A stretch of DNA of 28,647 nucleotides from positions 1 to 28,647 of IMG/VR virus record IMGVR_UViG_3300032277_000060; one strand, given 5' to 3'. Positions within the stretch are counted from its first letter, which is position 1, and every line of letters begins with the position of its first letter. Of the stretch, positions 15,337 to 23,164 are shown piece by piece. The translations under genes were made by a program, and so were the position numbers. The notes under the pieces are model-generated. The model did not search any database. It was not told where the DNA came from and saw only the letters and a program-made list of their open reading frames with translations. This stretch comes from a virus (lineage: Duplodnaviria > Caudoviricetes).

Positions 15337-18058
15337 ATGCCTTATATGTTACTGTGTCATTATATGATTCAAATCTATTGTATCCATCTTCTGTGGATGT
15401 TCTTTCAAGATGTGCCATGCATTTTCCTAATACTCGATAAAAAGTTCCAAGATAACCTCTAATCTCTACTTGGTAAAATCCTTCTAAAAAATCTGGCTGT
15501 TTTAAATTGATAATTCCAGCTGCTGGAACTTCAGTTGGAAATTCATTGATTATTACTTGGCCATGTAAACTGCGACCATCCCAACCTCCATCTGTTATTA
15601 ATGTATCCAGTGTGAATTGCTTTGAGTTGTTTGTTGATTCATCTGTTAAGGTAGGAACAAAAACCAGAGATTTTGCAAATGGATCCCAAGTTGGATCATT
15701 AGTCCACTGGCTTTCATCAACCCCATTCATAGAAACATAATCAATTGAAATAGTTTGATTTGCTCCAGAACCAAACAATCTATGTATTTGCAAGTCATGA
15801 TCAACAGCAAATGGAGTGACATATTCAAAAGAATATTCTTTGTATGATGTAGTCAGTAATTCTGTTCCTATCACAGCACTCACAGCCGTACCCAAAGAAG
15901 CTGCGATCTCAACATAGATAGCTGCTGTTGCTTTCATATTAATGGTGATGATATAGAGCTTATTTGGCTTAATCAATCCAGTCTGATATACTCCACAATT
16001 GTTTCCAGATGAATCAATCTCAAGATCTACCTGACCAAGTTTCATTACAGATTTTGAATCTGGATCTGCAAATGTTACCCACCTACCATTGGTATCCAGT
16101 TGTTTAATTGAGATGCTGTTCACCACTCCTGAAACACTATCACCATTTTGTGCTCTCACAATGTAAATTCTTGCACTATCCGATTTTGTATAAAAGTATG
16201 AAGTTCCAGTTGTGTTTATTACTTGTGAATCGCTACCAACTTGCAATTTTAAATCTCCAGTAATAGAAGCAACATCAATTTCAATTTTATAATATTTACC
16301 TATTGTTAAAATATCTTGATACACTCCAGTTGATGCTTGTGTTTCAGTTGAATCATAGACTATTGAAAGTGTGCTGTTTGGAAAAGTTACTAATTGTCCA
16401 TCTGGCTGTTGAATAGTCCAATCTTGTCCGACCTCCTTAACTGAGATACTGCTTATAGTTACAAAGTCGGTTGCTGAAGTTACTGGAGTTGCTAAATTGA
16501 AAATCCAATTATCTAATGTTCCTTGCCTTGTGTAGTAAAATGTATGCGTTCCTACACCTTGTTCGGGTAAAACTACGTACGCAGCTCCATTATAATATTT
16601 AACTGAGTTACCTGAAGTTAATGATATTGAATGTATGGTGTAGGTGACTTTATAAGATTTGTCATCTTGTGTTACACTTGTTTGAAAAACTCTACTATCA
16701 ATCCCCAAATCTGAAGATTGAACTATTTTTAGACCATTTTCTACAAATGATGCTGAATCTGGGTCGGATACAATTTCACTCCAATCCTCTCCAAGCTCTT
16801 GAACTACGATGCTGTTAATTACTGCATCTACGGCTTGGCTACTTATTCTATAAAGATATAAAGCAGTAGCAGTTGCTTCTCCGTAAAACGTTTGTACACC
16901 AGTTCCAGTTACTTCTATTGAACCACCACCAAGTATAATTTTAAACTTGTTTGTGTTTGAAGCTACATCAATAGTTACTTTGTAAGATTTACCTATTGTT
17001 AATATACCTGATTGAAGTATCCCAGTAGCACCCGAAACTCCATCCGAAACTATTTGAACTTGATCATTCGCAAAAGTTACCGTGTCCGTTCCAGCTTCAT
17101 TTGCTGTCCAATCCTCTCCGAGTTCTTTAACGGATATTGTGAAGCTTGGTACATCGTATATTTGAGCGCCATCAAAACTTAAAAACACAGAACCGTTATC
17201 TACAAAGTAAATCTCTTTTGTAGTTGTAAAATCATAATCTTGAAACAAATAACTTGCACCATCATAGAAATCACAGTTAGTTGTTCCAGTTGGTGTCGAA
17301 GTTGGTGTTATAACTAATTTATAAGACTTTGAAGAAGTAGTCGCTAAATCAATTTTAGGGCGTATAGAGCTTCCTGAAGTTCCGTCACTTGTAGAACTAT
17401 AAGAAATCCCACTAATTAAAGTGATGCTTCCCCCTCCCGCATTTACGATAGTTCCAATCGTAGGCATTAACTCACTTCCAGTATCCGTAAAGTTTGGATT
17501 TGTGACAAGGTTGGTAGCTTCCTTGACTGAGATATTTTCAAGAAACATATTACAAGCACCTGAATCTCTTTCTATTATTAATTGAGTATTTTCAACAGCT
17601 ACATAAAAAAAAGAATAACTACCATTAGCAGAAGCCGTTTGAAAAGGAGACTCTGCTGTTGGTCTTACTCTTATTGTTCCTAAAGTCCATCCAGTAATAT
17701 CAAAAGTAATTACATATGATTTGCCAATTTCAAACACTGAACTCTGATAAGCAAATTCATATGTTCCATCTGATAGACAATGCAGCTTGTTATTTGCTAT
17801 TGTAAATGATGAAGATAAACTCCAATTTACATTTGGCGTTGGAAAGTTTCCATCAGTCACAAGTTCACCACCTAATGGAACAGCACTAAAATCTCCATTC
17901 GTAATAAGCTCAGAACCTATCTCAGCAAAGTCACCATTCTCAACAAGGTCTGAACCTATATCATTAAATGATCCATTTTGAACCACGTCTTGACCAGCTC
18001 CACTGAAGTCACTTAGATTAATATCCAATACGTTTGTTCCTTTGGTGAGCTGAATCAT
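15326..18058 (-). CDS. Virion structural protein carrying six nested CBM-like (galactose-binding-like) domains
   Basis: Six (E/D/N)LVxNGxF-type openers, six K(S/Y/L)Y strands and six ISVKE-type closers; lies between tail tube and portal. Confidence 0.8.
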   Translation of the reverse strand: MIQLTKGTNVLDINLSDFSGAGQDVVQNGSFNDIGSDLVENGDFAEIGSELITNGDFSAVPLGGELVTDGNFPTPNVNWSLSSSFTIANNKLHCLSDGTYEFAYQSSVFEIGKSYVITFDITGWTLGTIRVRPTAESPFQTASANGSYSFFYVAVENTQLIIERDSGACNMFLENISVKEATNLVTNPNFTDTGSELMPTIGTIVNAGGGSITLISGISYSSTSDGTSGSSIRPKIDLATTSSKSYKLVITPTSTPTGTTNCDFYDGASYLFQDYDFTTTKEIYFVDNGSVFLSFDGAQIYDVPSFTISVKELGEDWTANEAGTDTVTFANDQVQIVSDGVSGATGILQSGILTIGKSYKVTIDVASNTNKFKIILGGGSIEVTGTGVQTFYGEATATALYLYRISSQAVDAVINSIVVQELGEDWSEIVSDPDSASFVENGLKIVQSSDLGIDSRVFQTSVTQDDKSYKVTYTIHSISLTSGNSVKYYNGAAYVVLPEQGVGTHTFYYTRQGTLDNWIFNLATPVTSATDFVTISSISVKEVGQDWTIQQPDGQLVTFPNSTLSIVYDSTETQASTGVYQDILTIGKYYKIEIDVASITGDLKLQVGSDSQVINTTGTSYFYTKSDSARIYIVRAQNGDSVSGVVNSISIKQLDTNGRWVTFADPDSKSVMKLGQVDLEIDSSGNNCGVYQTGLIKPNKLYIITINMKATAAIYVEIAASLGTAVSAVIGTELLTTSYKEYSFEYVTPFAVDHDLQIHRLFGSGANQTISIDYVSMNGVDESQWTNDPTWDPFAKSLVFVPTLTDESTNNSKQFTLDTLITDGGWDGRSLHGQVIINEFPTEVPAAGIINLKQPDFLEGFYQVEIRGYLGTFYRVLGKCMAHLERTSTEDGYNRFESYNDTVTYKAYEE

Positions 18059-18085
18059 TGTGTGCTAAGTTATTAATTTATTAGT

Positions 18086-18122
18086 AAAAAAAAAGAGGAG
18101 AAGCGAATCGCCACCCCTCTTT
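18086..18122 (-). terminator. Intrinsic terminator after the capsid and tail-tube genes
   Basis: AGAGGGGTGGCGATTCGCTTCTCCTC followed by T9. Confidence 0.85.
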
Positions 18123-18141
18123 CAGTTAGTTATTTAAAATA

Positions 18142-18708
18142 CTATGATGGATTCGTCACAGTAAATGCAGCAGTTCCACCATCAACTTGATCGAATGGCC
18201 AGTTAGCAGCAGCAGCATCAGTTGAAGCTGTTATTGCTGGTGGGTATGTATTCTCTCCAGCTGTCACAGTTAGTGTATATCCTTGCATGTCTGCTCTCGC
18301 TTGACCAGTTACAAACGTTCCACCAGTTACAGTACATCCATTTTGAAGTCCAATGCAGTACACATTGTCATTCGCATCTAAGATGTATGCAAATACTCTT
18401 GTTTGAATCAACTTCTGTAATTCATCAGATGTTGATTGCTTCAAAATATTCAAAGTGACTTCCAATGCTGAATCATAAGATGCAGATCCAGCTGGTTCAT
18501 TTGTTATAGTTGTAGTCAGTGAAGCTGTATTTGGCTGCACATCATATCTGTAAACAGTTTGAGCTGTATCAATTCCATCCAATGCACCAGTATCAAAGGT
18601 CATACCACCATATCCAGCCACCTGAAAGTCACTAAAATAAATTGCCTTGATTCCACCAACTGTGTCTTTACAGTTTAATCCAATCGCAGCTGTTAAATTA
18701 CAAGCCAT
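18142..18708 (-). CDS. Putative major tail (tube) protein
   Basis: MACNLT...CKDTVGGIKAIYF and TGQARADMQGYTLTV motifs; lies between the capsid gene and a strong terminator. Confidence 0.7.
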   Translation of the reverse strand: MACNLTAAIGLNCKDTVGGIKAIYFSDFQVAGYGGMTFDTGALDGIDTAQTVYRYDVQPNTASLTTTITNEPAGSASYDSALEVTLNILKQSTSDELQKLIQTRVFAYILDANDNVYCIGLQNGCTVTGGTFVTGQARADMQGYTLTVTAGENTYPPAITASTDAAAANWPFDQVDGGTAAFTVTNPS

Positions 18709-18734
18709 TTTGTTTTAATTTTTTTCAGTTAATA

Positions 18735-19712
18735 TTATGCTTTACCCCAGTAGATGTCAGCACCAACTCCAACTTGTACACCAGCTGCATAACGCATGAT
18801 GAAGCGCACGTTGTCAGATCCATCAATTGGTGACATATCTATTGTACGAACCTCAGTCATGTTTGTGAGGATGTTAGAACCAAATACAAGATTGCTCTCA
18901 TATGTAGCAACAATTTGATTGTCTGGCATTCCTGGACAAGCATAGATTGGATAGCCGTATATGTTAGATGGCTTTGCATTCGCTTGATAGTCATTTGAGA
19001 ATCCTTCAGATCCAAGATGCTGCTGGTATAGGAATGCTGTCTTTGGTGAGACATACAAAGCAAAGTCTGGCTTTGCTAATACTTCAGATGAACAAGCATC
19101 AAGTACTTTTTCCATTTCCACAACAATGATTGCCTTTGTGTATGGTGAGATTGTAGTCACATCATTAACGTTTCCATCAACAACAAATATTCCAGTTGTA
19201 GCTGTTAAGAATCCTTCGAACTCTCCACCAGTAGCATCTGCTCCAGTCCAGATATCATTCTCAACTTGTTGAGCAACTAATCCAGCAATATGTCCAATTA
19301 CATAATCAGAGAATGCAGATGGCATATTAGAGTTGAGACTGTTTCCAGTATCAGCTGCTAACCATGATTGGCGCATTGTCTTTTTGCAAAGGTCAATATT
19401 TACAGCAAGTTCTTTTGTAGTTAGAACGTTCTCTGTAATTGTTACAGATCCAGCATCAGCGAAATCACAAGATGCATCAGCTATTAAAGAAGCACCTTCA
19501 ATTTGGTTTATTACAGCCTTGTAATATACATCATCAATTGTTCTGATCCATCCATTTGCTAAGGTAGCACCACTCTTTAAAGCAGCACTCACGAAAGGCA
19601 ATGCTAACTCTCCAGCATAAGTTGGAGTTGTTAATGTTGGCCCATTAAATTCATGCTTTGTTGCAACGCTTTTTTCCTCTGCATTGAATGAGGTTTTTTT
19701 AATATACTTCAT
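18735..19712 (-). CDS. Major capsid protein
   Basis: 325 aa; follows protease and scaffold; TYAGE...SAAL, ENDIWTG and DGSDNVRFIMRY motifs. Confidence 0.88.
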   Translation of the reverse strand: MKYIKKTSFNAEEKSVATKHEFNGPTLTTPTYAGELALPFVSAALKSGATLANGWIRTIDDVYYKAVINQIEGASLIADASCDFADAGSVTITENVLTTKELAVNIDLCKKTMRQSWLAADTGNSLNSNMPSAFSDYVIGHIAGLVAQQVENDIWTGADATGGEFEGFLTATTGIFVVDGNVNDVTTISPYTKAIIVVEMEKVLDACSSEVLAKPDFALYVSPKTAFLYQQHLGSEGFSNDYQANAKPSNIYGYPIYACPGMPDNQIVATYESNLVFGSNILTNMTEVRTIDMSPIDGSDNVRFIMRYAAGVQVGVGADIYWGKA

Positions 19713-19713
19713 T

Positions 19714-20334
19714 TTAGTTTTTTGCGAAGTTTGAAATTATTGCATGTGCTCTGTCTGCTGTTTTCAAAGATGAAAAAGTTTCTTGATCCATGTCCTTACT
19801 ATTATTTTTTGTTGGTGAGTGATTCACACCAGTATCTGCTGGTTCGTTTTCAATAGCTGAAAGACGTTCCACAATGTTTTCAAATGCTGCATTTATCTCT
19901 GAAGATAATTCACTCATTTCTTCAGATACTTCATCATCACCTCCAACTTTATCACGCTTCAAATCTGCAACTGCATCCTCAAGATTCTTGATACGCTTTT
20001 CCATACCAGCCCAATCTTGCACATCAGCTTCATCACCTTCAGCCATTTCAACCTCCACTTCCACTTCAGCTTCTGCTTCTGGTTCTTCTTCACCAAGTTG
20101 TACAATGCGACCATCAGCAACAACGAGAACTGTTCCATCCTCAAGTGCATATGTGCCATCATCAAGATAGTCTGCATTGCCTTCATCAGACATCACAGAG
20201 ATCTCTACTCCAACAGCCATTGCTTCGGCTTCTGTTACTACTAAGCGACCATCATCCAATCTTGCTTCTGCATAGAATTTGGTTAGGTTTGGGAGGTTTA
20301 ATAATCCTCTGATTTTGTCGATTGTTTTGCTCAT
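19714..20334 (-). CDS. Capsid scaffold protein
   Basis: Very acidic; DGTYALEDG beta repeats and coiled coil; between protease and capsid. Confidence 0.75.
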   Translation of the reverse strand: MSKTIDKIRGLLNLPNLTKFYAEARLDDGRLVVTEAEAMAVGVEISVMSDEGNADYLDDGTYALEDGTVLVVADGRIVQLGEEEPEAEAEVEVEVEMAEGDEADVQDWAGMEKRIKNLEDAVADLKRDKVGGDDEVSEEMSELSSEINAAFENIVERLSAIENEPADTGVNHSPTKNNSKDMDQETFSSLKTADRAHAIISNFAKN

Positions 20335-20368
20335 GATATTACTTGTTCAAATACATATATAATTTTCT

Positions 20369-21142
20369 TCAATCCGTTCCCTTTGTATGATCCTCACAAG
20401 CCATATAGAGCACGATATCATCAACAGTGTGCTCATGGTATCCAATACAGTTATTGAACAGCTCTCCATACAGCTCTGCTTCTTCAATAGTCCTCCAGAG
20501 TGGTTTGCCATCCAGATGAAACACTGCATCCATTTCTTCTAATACAAGTGATTTCAATTGCTCAAGAGTTTCTGTATCTTTTGGGCAATTCGGGCATGGC
20601 ACTCTTTCAAGTCTTTGTGCCTTCACCAATTCATCTGTGAAGTATCCTTCAATAGAAAAACCTCTCACATCTTTCTCAATGATAGCATTCCAGATATTTT
20701 CATCCCAAATCTTCATAGATAACATCCATGTGCCAACTGGCAAATCAAATCCATAGAGAGCTGCTTTGTCTCTTTTCGGATCTTCTATAAGCCAAGATTC
20801 CACAACAGTCAATCCACTGATATCATCTACATGCTCGTATGTGTGTGAGTTTGTTTTTTCCTCTTTCATATAAAGCTGTGATGCTTGTCTCACTGTTTCA
20901 ACTGAGAAATAGACCTCATATTCTTCATCTTCTTCTTCGTTGTATCTGGCAATTCTTTTCTCTGGAATCAATGCTGGGCCGACTAACATTCTTTTGGCTT
21001 CATCTACTTTGGCCATGATATACTTATCTCCACGATTAAAGAAAACAAAATTTTCTTCTATGGCTGGAAATCTCACAAGACTGACAGCTGTGATTCCTGA
21101 CAGCTCCATTTCTTCGTCTATTAATAATTCAATTGTTTTCAT
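20369..21142 (-). CDS. XkdF-like prohead serine protease with a Cys/His C-terminal domain
   Basis: AVSLVRFPAIE, GPALIP, ESW, GTWM and GFSIEG motifs. Confidence 0.85.
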   Translation of the reverse strand: MKTIELLIDEEMELSGITAVSLVRFPAIEENFVFFNRGDKYIMAKVDEAKRMLVGPALIPEKRIARYNEEEDEEYEVYFSVETVRQASQLYMKEEKTNSHTYEHVDDISGLTVVESWLIEDPKRDKAALYGFDLPVGTWMLSMKIWDENIWNAIIEKDVRGFSIEGYFTDELVKAQRLERVPCPNCPKDTETLEQLKSLVLEEMDAVFHLDGKPLWRTIEEAELYGELFNNCIGYHEHTVDDIVLYMACEDHTKGTD

Positions 21143-22986
21143 AAGGTTGCATGATGTAATAAGTTAGCATTGAGTTGTTGTTGTGATGTCATGTCTTGAG
21201 CCACAACGAATGCTTTGATTGGTTTATCTGTTAATGTTTCTAAGTCAGTTGGAGCTGTTTCACTTGGTGCAAATGTATCTGGCACTAATGCTGTTGTTTG
21301 ATTACCTCCAGCAGTTGGTGGTGATACTACATCTGGAGTTCCACCAGAATCAAATCTTGTTTTTGCTATGGATGCAATAGAAGCTGCTCCAGTTAATCCA
21401 GCTGTAACAGCACCCGGTAATCCAGCTGGAAATCCTAATCCAACTGGTGGAGCTGATAATGAAGCAATGATAGCAGATCCAGTACTCATAACAGCCGAAG
21501 CAATTTGCATCTTCTTTGCTCTCTGAAATCTTTTCTTTGCAGTTTTCTTATCATCATCTTCACGCCCCTGATCCAGAGCAGAGAATAAAGAGAACGCTGC
21601 TTGTGTCATTGCCATGACTGAATTGATTGTTTCTTGCCTTAATTCTTGTTTGGTTTTCTCTGCTTCTTTTACAACTTCTTCTTCTTTTACAGCATATTTT
21701 TCTGTGATGGCAAGTAATTCTGCATCTTGTTTTTCTTTGAGTAGCTTTTCAGTTTCGGCATTGCCTTGAGCCATCTCATTAAGTGTAAGATATTTCAATG
21801 CAACAGCATCAATTTCATTCTGCTCTGCTGATTGTGTTGCTTTTCTTAGTGTATCTATTCTTAACAGCTCTGCATCATCAATAGCTTTCTTTTCAGCAGC
21901 CATCTGTTCATTCAACATACCTTCTTCTACAACAAATTTCTTCTTGAGTTTTGCTGATTGAGTATCCAGATTTGTTACGGCTGCAATAAGTTCTGCTTCA
22001 CGTTGATAATCTTCTTCAAGGCTTTCAGTCAAACCCATTTCCTCTTGATGGATTCTTAGTGTTTCTTTTGCATTTGCAACTCTCTGAGCATGTACAGATG
22101 CTTCAGCTTCTTGTGCTTTCTTATTAGCTGCAATCCTATCTGCAAAGCTTTTAGTTATGTCTTTTGAGATCACCTCTTGCTCTGCTATGATAGCAAGTTT
22201 CTTTGCTTCATCAACTATCAAATCTCTCTCTGCTTGTCTGAGTTCCTGACTTGCTTTTGTCAATGCATTTTGAGCAGTGACTGCTTTGGTAGTTTCATCA
22301 ACAAGCTCCTTTGTTGCATCAACCAATTCACCAACCACAAGGACAGTTCCAGCAATTAATGGATTTGCCATTGCAAGATTTTCAACTCCTTTCTTTGCAT
22401 CCTCCATAGCTCCAGCAAAGTCTCTTTTGAATAGCTTTGACACTGCTGAACCAAGAAATCCAAGTCCATCCATTAGATTTTGGACACGATCCATTACAAA
22501 TGTTTTCAAGAATCCACCAAAGTCTTTTATGGCTTGTACTGGATCTGTAAAGATTCCAACCATTATTCCACCTAATGAAGATAATGTATCTGTGAGCTTT
22601 CCCATAACCACTCCAAGTGAAGCAGAAGCAATTTCAAGAAGCTCTGCACCTTTCTTAGTTGAGGTGAAATATGCCACAAGAGAACCAACAGCTACAACCA
22701 GCGCACCAACTCCAGTTGCTACCATAGCACCCTTCATTGTTTTCAATCCCAGTACAAATGTCTTTGCTCCTTTAATTGCTCCTTTGAACATAGTTATAAG
22801 GCCACCAGACATACGATCAAGGCCACCAGTCATTTGTGTGGATGCTTCACCTACATCATCAGCTGCTTCTGCTGTTTCATCAAGTGAATCTTCCAGATTG
22901 TCAGCTGCTTTCGCTGCTTTGTTTAGCTCTGAAGTGAGTTGTGTTACTCCTTCAGTCTTGAGTTTGACTGTGGCTGTCTTAGACAT
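21139..22986 (-). CDS. Tape measure protein
   Basis: Ala/Glu/Lys-rich helical 615 aa with TGVGALVVAVGSL and a C-terminal KAFVVAQD motif. Confidence 0.85.
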   Translation of the reverse strand: MSKTATVKLKTEGVTQLTSELNKAAKAADNLEDSLDETAEAADDVGEASTQMTGGLDRMSGGLITMFKGAIKGAKTFVLGLKTMKGAMVATGVGALVVAVGSLVAYFTSTKKGAELLEIASASLGVVMGKLTDTLSSLGGIMVGIFTDPVQAIKDFGGFLKTFVMDRVQNLMDGLGFLGSAVSKLFKRDFAGAMEDAKKGVENLAMANPLIAGTVLVVGELVDATKELVDETTKAVTAQNALTKASQELRQAERDLIVDEAKKLAIIAEQEVISKDITKSFADRIAANKKAQEAEASVHAQRVANAKETLRIHQEEMGLTESLEEDYQREAELIAAVTNLDTQSAKLKKKFVVEEGMLNEQMAAEKKAIDDAELLRIDTLRKATQSAEQNEIDAVALKYLTLNEMAQGNAETEKLLKEKQDAELLAITEKYAVKEEEVVKEAEKTKQELRQETINSVMAMTQAAFSLFSALDQGREDDDKKTAKKRFQRAKKMQIASAVMSTGSAIIASLSAPPVGLGFPAGLPGAVTAGLTGAASIASIAKTRFDSGGTPDVVSPPTAGGNQTTALVPDTFAPSETAPTDLETLTDKPIKAFVVAQDMTSQQQLNANLLHHATL

Positions 22987-23164
22987 TGAATCTGGCTTTT
23001 ATTCCCATGTACACTTTCTTGAAAAATCCTTTGAATCCAGTTTCTTCATAATACCCATAGAATCTGATTGTCTCTTTTGTGTATGTTTTTGAATCAGACA
23101 TAGTACCCAACTTGATAATTTTAGGAACTGTAATGAACATATTTTTTATATAGTTTTTTCTCAT
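22979..23164 (-). CDS. Small hypothetical protein upstream of the tape measure gene
   Basis: Overlaps both neighbours; alternative start at 23140. Confidence 0.6.
   Translation of the reverse strand: MRKNYIKNMFITVPKIIKLGTMSDSKTYTKETIRFYGYYEETGFKGFFKKVYMGIKARFNV

Noticed and set aside
15326-18058. Diversity-generating retroelement or invertase shufflon acting on the adhesin
   Set aside because: No reverse transcriptase, recombinase, adenine-specific TR/VR pair or inverted cassettes were seen.
13474-21142. Shared prohead-protease cleavage motif (e.g. HEFN, TKFY, VEMA, VNLA) in head proteins
   Set aside because: Too degenerate to distinguish from chance without alignments or proteomics.
22277-23092. 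271-aa plus-strand ORF and the other plus-strand ORFs in the track
   Set aside because: They are antisense shadows of well-supported minus-strand genes, with no motifs or leaders.
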